A DNA stretch of 64,000 nt from an uncultured delta proteobacterium (GTDB lineage: Bacteria > Myxococcota_A > Polyangia > Fen-1088). The stretch spans positions 704,001 to 768,000 of the forward strand of contig CAVTRY010000011.1 in the NCBI GenBank assembly GCA_963737265.1, in the 5' to 3' direction. Below, in pieces: positions 11,312 through 20,113 of this stretch (its first letter is position 1; the number at the start of each line of letters is the position of its first letter). The notes below the pieces were generated by a model. That model saw only the letters and a program-made list of their open reading frames with translations. It did no database searches and had not been told where the DNA came from. The translations under genes were made by a program, and so were the position numbers.

Positions 11312-13483
11312 TTAGGTATGGGACACGACCAGCAGCGTCTCGCTCCGGCGCAGAATGCATTCGAGAACAAGGTCCAACGTCTCGGGATCCAACGCCGCGA
11401 AACTCTCATCGAGCACGCGCAAGTCCGCTTGCTGCACCAACGCTCGCGCGACGCACACACGCGCCCGCTCGCCGTGCGAGAGCTGCCATCCGCTGTCGCC
11501 GACCATCTGCTGAATTCCCGCCGGCATGCGCGCCAGCAAGCCGGCAAGTCCTAGCTCGCCGCAGATTTCTTCAATCTCCGCGACGTCGGATTCGCTCGGC
11601 GGCCAAGCGCGCGCCATCGCGATGTTGAAGAGCAGCGGCGCGGAGAGAATATGGTTTTCATGACTTTGCGGCACGCTCGCGGCGCGTTGCCGCCAACGTT
11701 CGGGCCGCAGGCTGTGGTGGTCGAATCCTCCCAATAAAAGAAGCCCACCCGAAGGCTGGCGCAAGCCGCACACCAGCGCGCCGAGAGTGGACTTGCCCGA
11801 TCCGGAACGCCCCTCGATGAGCACGCGATCTCCGCGTCGAACCTCGAAGTCGGAGCCGCGCAGCACCGGATCAAGGCGACCTGGATAGCAATAGCTGACG
11901 TCGCGTCCGACCAGAAGTGCCCGCCGTCCCTCGCTGGCATCGTCAATCTCGTTGGGTAACACCGCGACCTGCTCCGCCGGCTCGCCAGCGACATCGGCCG
12001 CCGCGGCGATGGGCCTCGTGCTTCGCCACGCCACGAAGGCCGCCACCAGGCCCGGTCCGGTTTCCAGCGCGACACGCCGAAACGCCAGGTAGAGCAGCAA
12101 CACGCCTCCCAGGCTGACCGCCACCTGCCCGGCGCCTGCGCGCGTGGCCGCGAAGCTGGGCACCAGCGCCGCAGTGGCCAGCACCAGCCAACCGCGCGGG
12201 ATCAGCACTGCCAGTCGGGCCATCTCGCGGTCCATGGCCGCTTCCTTGCGCGCGTACGCAGTGAGCGTCTGTTCCTCGCCAAGGTGCCGATTCTCGGGTG
12301 GCACCTGCGCCATCATGGTTCGGTACCCCACCATGGTCTCTACCAGGTCGTCGGTCAGAGACAGGCGTGCATCGGCCCAATCGAGCAAGCGTCGGTGCAG
12401 GCGATAAATTAGAACCGCGGCAAACAGGAGCCAAAGAAGCAGAAGAATCGCATGCAGTAACGGGGCCGCCCCGAGAAGCAGGATAAGCGCGCCGCAAATA
12501 GACTGGGCCACATCGGCGAGCACGGTGGGACCGCCTGTGCGCGCGAGGGCGTCGAGAGCGTCGGCGTCGAGCACGATGCCGAGCAGGCTGCCAATGCCGC
12601 GCGCCCGAACGGCGTCCGAGGACAGGCGCAAGATCCCCGCCAGCAGGCGCTCCCTGGTCAGCCCTCCCACGTGGACCGCCAGTCGCCCAGCTCCCCAAAC
12701 GCCGGCGCCCCTGCACACGATGAAACTGAGCAGCATGATCGCCCACGCCAAGAGCCAGCCACGTGACAGATGGCCTTCCATGGCGGCGGAGCCGATGAGC
12801 CACCACGACACGATGTAAAGAGCGAACGCCAACAAATAGAACGCGACGGTACCGAAGAGCACCCGGCGGGCGCCGGCCTCCACGAAACGCGACCAGAAGC
12901 CGGCGTCCGCTGGCGCGAACGAGAATCCCGAACAGACCTCTCGCTTGTCGTCGGCGACGCGCAAGATGCGTTGGGCAACGCTGGCCTCGCGCGGGGAAAG
13001 GCCAGCCTGCTGGCAGAATTCTCTGAGGCCGCCGTGCTCTCGTGCGACACCTGCCAGTGCCGCATCGACCGTCGCTATCGGGATGCGCGCAACCTGTCGG
13101 CTGGGCATTAGCAAGTCGACCGTCCGACCCCGATTGCGAAGGCCCAGCAGCACGAGAAAGTGTCGCCCCCCCTGCCCCGGAACCGCCACGAGCACCGGGC
13201 CGCCCTCCGCCAGCAAGGCACCCGCGGTTATCGCCGTGCGCTCCTTGGGCTCGACGATAAGGCCGAGGTAGGCGCTGGCGTCGTCGAGCCAACGCGAAAG
13301 ATCGAGCGCGGAAGCCTGGCCAATCCCTCGCGGCGGCTCGGTGATGCGACGATGTCGCCGCGCAGGCACCACGCGCTCCGCGACGGCCTCCATGACCTGG
13401 CCGAGCAGATCGCCGTGCCAGGTGCAGTCATGCACGGTGAAGTCCCGCGAGCGCGCCGTCCTTACGGGTCGCCGATCGTTCAC
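11312..13483 (-). CDS. ABC exporter (permease + ATPase) with degenerate N-terminal C39-like region
   Basis: GTG start overlaps the upstream stop. About 6 TM segments, Walker A GRSGSGKS, signature LSHGERAR, Walker B LRVLDESF. The N-terminal region has HFLVLLG but no QxxxxDCG catalytic motif. Confidence 0.88.
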   Translation of the reverse strand: MNDRRPVRTARSRDFTVHDCTWHGDLLGQVMEAVAERVVPARRHRRITEPPRGIGQASALDLSRWLDDASAYLGLIVEPKERTAITAGALLAEGGPVLVAVPGQGGRHFLVLLGLRNRGRTVDLLMPSRQVARIPIATVDAALAGVAREHGGLREFCQQAGLSPREASVAQRILRVADDKREVCSGFSFAPADAGFWSRFVEAGARRVLFGTVAFYLLAFALYIVSWWLIGSAAMEGHLSRGWLLAWAIMLLSFIVCRGAGVWGAGRLAVHVGGLTRERLLAGILRLSSDAVRARGIGSLLGIVLDADALDALARTGGPTVLADVAQSICGALILLLGAAPLLHAILLLLWLLFAAVLIYRLHRRLLDWADARLSLTDDLVETMVGYRTMMAQVPPENRHLGEEQTLTAYARKEAAMDREMARLAVLIPRGWLVLATAALVPSFAATRAGAGQVAVSLGGVLLLYLAFRRVALETGPGLVAAFVAWRSTRPIAAAADVAGEPAEQVAVLPNEIDDASEGRRALLVGRDVSYCYPGRLDPVLRGSDFEVRRGDRVLIEGRSGSGKSTLGALVCGLRQPSGGLLLLGGFDHHSLRPERWRQRAASVPQSHENHILSAPLLFNIAMARAWPPSESDVAEIEEICGELGLAGLLARMPAGIQQMVGDSGWQLSHGERARVCVARALVQQADLRVLDESFAALDPETLDLVLECILRRSETLLVVSHT

Positions 13484-16170
13484 TGCCGACCCTCGCGCAG
13501 GCGTGGGGATTCGTCGGTGACACAGCCATTCTCGACCCGCAGCCGCCGCCATTCCGGACCGGCCATGCGCGCCAGCGCTCGCTGTTCGGAAGCGAGCAGT
13601 CGGGCGTAGCGCGAATCCGGCCTGCTTGCGAGCAATGCCGGATCGCCGTCTTCGATGATTCGTCCGCCGTCGATCACCAGCACGCGCGAGAACGCGCGGG
13701 TCTGGCCGATATCGTGGGTTATGCAAATCAGCGTGGCCTCGCTCCAGCGTTTGCGGGCAGCCGCGAGCAGGTCGCTTCGCCGCTGCCTTTCCAAACCGCA
13801 GAAAGCCTCGTCCAGGATCACCATGCGAGGGTTGCCTCGGCAGATGCCGCGACCGAGGCGAACGCGCTGCCCTTCCCCGCCCGAGAGCAAGGCGCCGCCA
13901 GCGCCGAGCGGTGTTTGCAGGCCCATGGGCAAACGCGCGAGCACCTCGTCCAATTCGGCGCCTTCGACGCCTTCACCGACCGGCCGGTGCTCCGCGTCCG
14001 CGCCGTAACGTAGGTTCTCGAGCATCGAGCGATTCCAGATCTGCACGGTCGGATCGACCCATGTCGTGCGGCGCCGCAGCCGCGACAGCACGCGCCCGGC
14101 CAGCAACTGACCGTCGACTAGAACCTCGCCGACATTGGGCCGATACCAGCCCAACAGCAGTCCAACGAGGCTTGATTTTCCGGCGCCGGAAGCGCCCACG
14201 ACGGCCACGTGCGACCCCGCGGGAATCGTGAGCGCATCGACCGCCAAGATCTCGTTGCCCGCCATTTGCACGCGCACATCGACCAGCGCGATGGTGGGTG
14301 CGGGCGAAACATCGTGCCGACCGTCGCCGTACGGATCGATTTCCACGTCCGATACTTCATCCGAGGCGTCCTCTTCGGCGCCGAGGGGTTCGAGAAGGCG
14401 AAGGGTGACGTTGCGGTGCTGCGGGTACTGCTGGATGAGAAACGCCAGCTCCAGGCCAAGAGCCGGAATCATGAGAACCCAGTAGACGAGCAGGATGGCC
14501 CAGCCCGATCCCTGTGCCGTGGCGAGATAGTAGAACACGACCACCGCCGCCAGGCCGAAACCGACGACGCCCATCAGGGTCTCAATGAGAATCTGCGTGC
14601 GCGCCACGTCGCGGGCCGCGCGCGCCCATTCTCGCAATCTGGTCCCGTGTTCGGACAAGACCGCTCCCTCGGCGGTATGGGCCCGAATCGCAGATAGCCC
14701 CAGCAAGGCATCGAGATAAAACCGGGCCAGACCACCGTTGTGTCCGCGCATGCGCATGTCCTTCTCCAGCAGGAGAGGCTGGCAAAGCAGCGGCAACGCC
14801 ACCATCAGGACTGCCAGGGGAAGCACGAGCGGCGCTGAAGGCGGGTGCAACCACACCACGCCCGCCACCGTCGCGGTGAGCTCGCACAGGCAGCGCACGA
14901 CCTGCCCGCCCTGCCCGGGCAAGAGGCGAACCCAGTGCAGAAGATGTGAGCTCTCCGCCATGTTGGAGATGGGGCGGCTTTGGAAGTAGCGATCGCCGAG
15001 GCGTGGCAACTTGTGCAGAAAGGCCCGGCGCAAGCGAAGCTCAAGGTGTCGGCCGGCATTCCACAGACCACTCGCCACGGGCCACTCAATCAGCGAAAGC
15101 GCCATGAGCAAGACGAGCAAGGCCAAGGCCCCGAAGATCCGCTGCTCGAAAATCGACAGGCGCTGGCTGATGTCGAAGGCGCCGCGAAAAAGCAGGGTCT
15201 CGACCACCTCGGCGACGCCCGCCACCGCCAGGCCTACGCACAAGGGCACCCAGCGCCACAGGCCGTCTGCTCGCAACATTTGGATGAGCTGGCGCGCGGG
15301 ACCAGGTTCCGACCCGCGCACCACAGCGGCGAGCTCGGGTGGTAAGTCCGTCCGGGTTTCGCCCTTGCCCACGACTTTCAGCACCACGGCACCCCGAACC
15401 ACCAGCTGATCGTCCTCGGTCCCGGGTTTGGCCGTCCACATTTCTCGCGGAATCAGCGCGTAGGGGTCACTTCCCTTCGCGGACGCCAAGAGCAGATCGA
15501 ACACGCGCGGGGTCTGCCGCCGCGTCGCCGCTCCTTCATCCAACATGCGAACGGTCGCTCGCCATGCCGCGTCGAGCGCGGCCACGCCCTGCCACCCGCT
15601 CTGCTGAGCAGCCGAAACGAGATTCGCGGCAACCGTCGAACCGGCGACCCGTTCGAGACGCTGGCGCAGAACAGACCCGAATTCGGCCGACGTGAGCCAT
15701 TCCGAAACCTCGGCGGCTGGGGCGACGCTTTGATGGACGTAAAAGTTCTGCTCCAGATCGCTTCGTCGCATCCAGCGCCGGCCGCGCCCCGGATCCATGA
15801 CCTGTACGAACGGACCCACGCACCGCCAAACCACCACGAAATGGGTCAGCCCCGACGGCAGTCGGGTGACCACGAGGGCCGGAAGAGCATCGGCCCTGCC
15901 CGAGAGGACATGCTCAACCGGCATCATTTCTTGATCCGCTTCCAGACCGAGCGCGTTGGTCAGGTCTTCCAGGGTGTCGATGGATGTTCCGTCGACACTC
16001 GTGTGGCATGCCTCGCGCAAACGGCCGTAGCTCGCCTTGACGCCGAAGCCGGAGAGGATCGACTTGAGCGCCGCTGGCCCGCAGTCCATGCCCGAGGTCT
16101 GAATGATCTCGGGCACGAAGAATCGGCGCGAAACGCCTTTGCCAGTGGAAGATGCGTCGTCGCGGCTCAT
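13480..16170 (-). CDS. peptidase C39-containing ABC transporter (PCAT)
   Basis: N-terminal QTSGMDCGPAAL (catalytic Cys), THFVVV (His) and VMDP (Asp). TM domain, Walker A GASGAGKS, LSGGEGQR and MVILDEAF. Confidence 0.92.
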   Translation of the reverse strand: MSRDDASSTGKGVSRRFFVPEIIQTSGMDCGPAALKSILSGFGVKASYGRLREACHTSVDGTSIDTLEDLTNALGLEADQEMMPVEHVLSGRADALPALVVTRLPSGLTHFVVVWRCVGPFVQVMDPGRGRRWMRRSDLEQNFYVHQSVAPAAEVSEWLTSAEFGSVLRQRLERVAGSTVAANLVSAAQQSGWQGVAALDAAWRATVRMLDEGAATRRQTPRVFDLLLASAKGSDPYALIPREMWTAKPGTEDDQLVVRGAVVLKVVGKGETRTDLPPELAAVVRGSEPGPARQLIQMLRADGLWRWVPLCVGLAVAGVAEVVETLLFRGAFDISQRLSIFEQRIFGALALLVLLMALSLIEWPVASGLWNAGRHLELRLRRAFLHKLPRLGDRYFQSRPISNMAESSHLLHWVRLLPGQGGQVVRCLCELTATVAGVVWLHPPSAPLVLPLAVLMVALPLLCQPLLLEKDMRMRGHNGGLARFYLDALLGLSAIRAHTAEGAVLSEHGTRLREWARAARDVARTQILIETLMGVVGFGLAAVVVFYYLATAQGSGWAILLVYWVLMIPALGLELAFLIQQYPQHRNVTLRLLEPLGAEEDASDEVSDVEIDPYGDGRHDVSPAPTIALVDVRVQMAGNEILAVDALTIPAGSHVAVVGASGAGKSSLVGLLLGWYRPNVGEVLVDGQLLAGRVLSRLRRRTTWVDPTVQIWNRSMLENLRYGADAEHRPVGEGVEGAELDEVLARLPMGLQTPLGAGGALLSGGEGQRVRLGRGICRGNPRMVILDEAFCGLERQRRSDLLAAARKRWSEATLICITHDIGQTRAFSRVLVIDGGRIIEDGDPALLASRPDSRYARLLASEQRALARMAGPEWRRLRVENGCVTDESPRLREGRQ

Positions 16171-17375
16171 CGTCCTTCAGTCGAGCTTTGCGCGGTTGGC
16201 GGAGTCTGCGTGGGCGCCGCATTGGCTGGGGCGGTGCCCGAGTTCATGAGATAGCGCCCGGCTGCATCCAGCACCAAGGCGACCGGCGCCACCCTTTCCA
16301 CCTCCACCTCGACGCTCCCCTGCAGCCCGTGCTCGATGGGAATGTGCGTATTTCGCTGCGCTTCCAGCTCAAGCTCGACACGGATCAAGCCATCCTTGGG
16401 TTCGCTACCGACGCGCTCCACGTGGGCCAAGAGCATGCCGAACTTGGTCCACGGGAAACCGAACAGCCGAAGCCTCGCCGGTTGGTCGGGTTTCACTCGG
16501 CCGGCGGCAGTGGCCACGTCGAAAAACGCGACGGCACGCAGACCACCTGGCGGCACGACGGTACAAAGGCGCGTGCCTGCCGCGACGACCGCGCCCGGCT
16601 GCAGGTTGACGGTATTGCCGATGCGTCCTGAAATCGGCGCGCGAACTGTGAAAAGCTCAATGCGCTGGTCGAGAATTCGGATGCGCGACTCGGCCTCGGC
16701 GCGCACGCTCTGCAGACGCGCGATCTCGGATTCCAACCGCGCGATCTTGGCGCGCCGATCGCTTCGTCTGACCACACCTTCGGTGCCCAACCGTCCCACC
16801 TGCGCACGTGCGGCATCGGATTCCGCGGCCTGTTTCTCGAAGTCGGCCTGCGTGCGCTGCTGCTCCACATCCGCAACCACATGCTGCTTGTGCAGGGTTT
16901 CGATCTGCGCACGCTCGGATGCTTTCAGCTGCGCCACGGCGTCGGAGGCACGCTGGCGTGCGCGCGCCTCGCTCACCTCCGCCAGCAGCGCGCGATCCTC
17001 ACCGCGCAACGCCTCTCCGTCGGAAATCATTTCGCGTTCGAGCGCCGCGATCTGCGGACCCACGGCCAGCACCTTGCTTTCCTCGGCCTGCCTTTCCAGT
17101 TGCCACGCCTCGCTGTCCATTTCGATGAGGACGTCGCCAGCGCTAACCAAGCGACCGAGAACCAGGTTGGTTTGCAGCAGACGGCCCGCCACTGGGGTGT
17201 CCACGTCATGGGGGGCAGCCTCAACTTCCAGTCGAGCCTGACGGCTGGTTTCGTACAAGGACACGCGCGCGAAGAAAAACCACAGCGCCCAAACCAGCAG
17301 CAACACGCCGCCCACCACGGCGGCCAGTGCCGTTCGTGACGAAGCGTCTTGCGCGCGTGCGAATCGGGAGAACAT
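16167..17375 (-). CDS. HlyD-family membrane fusion (periplasmic adaptor) protein
   Basis: N-terminal TM (AAVVGGVLLLVWALWFFFA), lipoyl-like halves (VDTPVAGRL..VSAGDVL and VRAPISGRI), long coiled coil and GFPWTKFG barrel. Stop overlaps the PCAT start. Confidence 0.9.
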   Translation of the reverse strand: MFSRFARAQDASSRTALAAVVGGVLLLVWALWFFFARVSLYETSRQARLEVEAAPHDVDTPVAGRLLQTNLVLGRLVSAGDVLIEMDSEAWQLERQAEESKVLAVGPQIAALEREMISDGEALRGEDRALLAEVSEARARQRASDAVAQLKASERAQIETLHKQHVVADVEQQRTQADFEKQAAESDAARAQVGRLGTEGVVRRSDRRAKIARLESEIARLQSVRAEAESRIRILDQRIELFTVRAPISGRIGNTVNLQPGAVVAAGTRLCTVVPPGGLRAVAFFDVATAAGRVKPDQPARLRLFGFPWTKFGMLLAHVERVGSEPKDGLIRVELELEAQRNTHIPIEHGLQGSVEVEVERVAPVALVLDAAGRYLMNSGTAPANAAPTQTPPTAQSSTEGR

Positions 17376-17500
17376 GGGTTTGCCCGTCGAGGTTCCATCA
17401 TAGTCGAGATGCGAGGAGATAGCGCGGGCTTCGCCCGCAACTCTTCGGCGTGCATCATACCCAAACGATTCGCCAGGCCGATCAGCCTGCACTATGGCCC

Positions 17501-17521
17501 GAAGTCTGAAGCCTGAAGCCG
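17501..17521. repeat. heptamer tandem repeat GAAGYCK x3
   Basis: gaagtct-gaagcct-gaagccg. Same AGCCT core as the array at 48.4 kb. Confidence 0.4.
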
Positions 17522-17528
17522 CTGGATA

Positions 17529-17551
17529 AATCGTCGCGCCACGCGACGATT
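17529..17551 (-). terminator. perfect inverted repeat, probable terminator after the Cys-rich lipoprotein gene
   Basis: AATCGTCGCG-cca-CGCGACGATT, a 10-bp perfect stem ending in TT and followed by TAT on the minus strand. Confidence 0.5.
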
Positions 17552-17610
17552 CTCGGTGGTAGTGGACCAGAGTGGCTGGTGGTGTGTTTATCGGGGAAGG
17601 GGCGGAACCA

Positions 17611-18387
17611 TCAGGGGGCCTGGCACACAAGGAAATCGACGACCCATTCGCTCGGACCGAAAGGGAAAGGTAGAGCCAGCGCCGCGGGAGCCGGGTTGGG
17701 CTTGCCACAGGTTTGTGTACCCGGACAGTCGGATGACTGATGACAGATGACTCGCGACGGCGGCAGGCATTCGCTGGCAGCCACGCAGGATGCGCCGGAA
17801 AACCCAGCAGAAGCCGATTCGACGGAGCAGCAGATGCGGCCGCCTGCACAGTCCTCGGAACCATCGCACACAATAACGGCCGTGACACAGTCGCCGCAGA
17901 GGCCCGTTCGAGACATGTTCTTCGTGGCCGGACAACACGGTCCGGTGGAGCTGGTGCAGGTTGCGGCGCCGCCGCAGCGAACCTCGCCTTGCCCGGCGAT
18001 CAAAGCGCGATCTGCCGCCGAGCCACTGTCTTGGATAGCCAGGTCCGCCGGCAAGTCTAGCGATAGGTCCGCCAAGACAACGGCATCCGCGATGTCCGAC
18101 ATTCGAGGCTCGTTCCCAGACGTTCGATCGGCTCTTGGCATATCCTGCGGGGCCTCGACCCCACCGGACAAATCCGCCACCGCGAGTGGCAGGTCTTGCG
18201 CGAGCTCCTGGGCACTATCTTTGGCTTCTGGCTGGCTCACGTCGAAGGGCAGAACGACTTCTGATGAGGGACTGCCGTCTGACGGCGAGGGCGGATTCGA
18301 CGCCCCATCCGTCGGTGGCGCCTTCAGCGCCCGACTTGCGCAGGCCAACGGCACAAGGACACACATCCACAACAGGTACCTCTGCAT
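17611..18387 (-). CDS. Cys-rich lipoprotein
   Basis: Signal MQRYLLWMCVLVPLAC, Asp/Pro-rich linker and a C-terminal domain with 16 Cys (CGGAATC..CC..CGDC..CDGSEDC..CC..C..C..CHQSSDC..C..C). Confidence 0.75.
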   Translation of the reverse strand: MQRYLLWMCVLVPLACASRALKAPPTDGASNPPSPSDGSPSSEVVLPFDVSQPEAKDSAQELAQDLPLAVADLSGGVEAPQDMPRADRTSGNEPRMSDIADAVVLADLSLDLPADLAIQDSGSAADRALIAGQGEVRCGGAATCTSSTGPCCPATKNMSRTGLCGDCVTAVIVCDGSEDCAGGRICCSVESASAGFSGASCVAASECLPPSRVICHQSSDCPGTQTCGKPNPAPAALALPFPFGPSEWVVDFLVCQAP

Positions 18388-18390
18388 CTC

Positions 18391-19107
18391 CTATTCTCTC
18401 CAATCCTCCGGCTCGTGTCCGAGCGCGTCCTTTCGAAGCCGGACGCGCTCGAACACAACGTACTCAAGCTCGTTGATGGCGCCCTTCTTGTAGGCGACAT
18501 CGATCAGATACCTTTCGATGGTCTGATTCGCGTCGGCGAAGTCCTGGTCGCCCCTGCCCATAGCTTGCTTGCAATCATCTGGTGGGTTGTTGGCAAAGAC
18601 CCGCGCGGTCCCGCGTGCGAAACGAACCGAAGGATTGCCCTCTGCCCCGGGCGCCGACCGGTAGACCGAAGCTCCGCGATAGCCAAGGAACTTCGACGGA
18701 TACGCCTGCACGGCTGCAGCAGCGCTGGTCGTCGAACACATTCCGATCAGGAACATCGACAGGGCCTGTGTCTCGACGGCCGACAGGGCGAAGACCGGGT
18801 TGGGCCTGCCCGAGAAGGCATCCAGCACGACTGAGTAGACTGCTTGCCCATCGCTCGATGGCGCGGCGGCAGCAACAGAAAGGGCGCCAGAGCACGATGA
18901 ACCGGCAATATGCGCTTTCGAGCCGCACTTGCAGTAGAAACCGCCGTTGTCGGTGTAGCCAAAACGCCCTGAGGCCAGGGGATTGGTGATCGGCTGGTTT
19001 TGGTCGTCGGTGTCCTGCGCGGGCCCCGATGCCAGCTTGTGGGACCAGCGACCCCGAGTTTGATCGAGCCTCCACCAGTGGTAGTCATAGCCAGGATAGA
19101 TGGCCAT
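18391..19107 (-). pseudogene. N-terminally truncated putative papain-like enzyme (DYHWWR/WSHK motifs) fused to an SGRPNP-LGYRG domain
   Basis: Begins (PSYF)MAIYPGYDYHWWRLDQTRGRWSHKL..DTD..ITNP..Y..GGFYC. An in-frame TGA lies 5 codons upstream of the Met, and no catalytic-Cys segment or signal peptide is present. The second half has LDAFSGRPNPVFAL and LGYRG. Confidence 0.5.
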
Positions 19108-19751
19108 GAAGTAGGATGGTCAGGCGGCGTATGGCCCAGCTCATGGCACGCGAACGCCAGGAACATCGCAACCACTTCGTGATAATCCTTACATCGTGTC
19201 TTGGCACACACTCGCAGCAGATGAGCGTAGACGATTTTCTCACTGCAGCGCATGCGCCCCGCAATCTCCTTCGCCTTCAGGCCACGCGCGACAAGCACTG
19301 TGGCTTCCGCCTCACGGTTGCTCAGGCTGAAGCGCTTGACGAATCGCTCCATCGCTGGTTGGGCATATCCTCGAGCGACGGTCCTCGCCATCCGCAGCAG
19401 TGCATTCGCGGCCACGGGCTTCGAGACCGCAAGCGGATGGTATTCGAGCGCAGAAGGCTGTAACCCCGGTAGGAAGGCACTCGTGATGATCACCGCCGGC
19501 TGACAGGAACAGGCTTCGATGTCGGGAAGCAATGATTCCCCACGGCCGTCTGGCAGGCAAATCTCAAGGATTACGACGTCCACCGGTTCCTGCCGTAGCA
19601 GCACGCGCGCATCAGCCAGACTGGCCGCAACGACCAGCGAAACCCCATTGTGTTCAAATTCGCGTTCAATGGCGGCGGCAGCGTCGAGATCGTCGTCCAC
19701 CAAAAGCACGCAGAGTCTCCGGCTGAGTTTCGAGTCAGCCTTCGCGTCCAC
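18747..19751 (-). CDS. atypical response regulator (REC + LuxR-type HTH); C-terminus runs on out of frame over the next gene
   Basis: VLLVDDD, VDVVILEICLPDGRG, IITSA, SKP and HTH LSNREAEATVLVARGLKAKEIAGRMRCSEKIVYAHL. About 120 extra residues after GHTPPDHP overlap 18391..19107. Confidence 0.8.
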   Translation of the reverse strand: MDAKADSKLSRRLCVLLVDDDLDAAAAIEREFEHNGVSLVVAASLADARVLLRQEPVDVVILEICLPDGRGESLLPDIEACSCQPAVIITSAFLPGLQPSALEYHPLAVSKPVAANALLRMARTVARGYAQPAMERFVKRFSLSNREAEATVLVARGLKAKEIAGRMRCSEKIVYAHLLRVCAKTRCKDYHEVVAMFLAFACHELGHTPPDHPTSWPSILAMTTTGGGSIKLGVAGPTSWHRGPRRTPTTKTSRSPIPWPQGVLATPTTAVSTASAARKRILPVHRALAPFLLLPPRHRAMGKQSTQSCWMPSRAGPTRSSPCRPSRHRPCRCS

Positions 19752-20113
19752 AAGTGACCTCGCGAGCTCTGGCGGACTGCGAACTCCTTCTCAGTTGGTC
19801 ATCAGGAAAGGTCATGAGATCCTCCAAGACTAGGTTATTCAGTAAGGGATCCAGGTGCCCGCCGGACTTGGCGCTCAAACCGCTACCTCGCTGGACTCTA
19901 CGCGACCGGAGTATGCTGAATTGCGTAGACAGAAATTTCGTACACCCCTGCTCCCAAAGCTGCAAGCCAATTCTTTACTGACCGAGATTCGGAGTAGCGG
20001 CTAGCCGCGTAGGTGTCGGTTGACAGAGACGGGGACGGAGCCAGGAGCCGGCTCTTGTAGAAGATGCCGCGAACGACTCGCGACGACGGGACGAAAAAGG
20101 GTAAAACGCCGCC

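Noticed and set aside
17732-17752. GATGACW x3 heptamer
   Set aside because: It lies in frame within the Cys-rich domain (RVICHQSS). Three copies could be chance, so it was not counted as an element.
17376-17888. 5' extension of the HlyD ORF to 573 aa
   Set aside because: The extension overlaps the Cys-rich lipoprotein gene and hairpin-containing intergenic DNA. HlyD-like sequence starts at Met 17375.
19735-19981. 75-76 aa ORFs on both strands as RiPP precursors
   Set aside because: No double-Gly leader, RBS or core-like composition. The region looks like the divergent promoter of the regulator and sulfatase.
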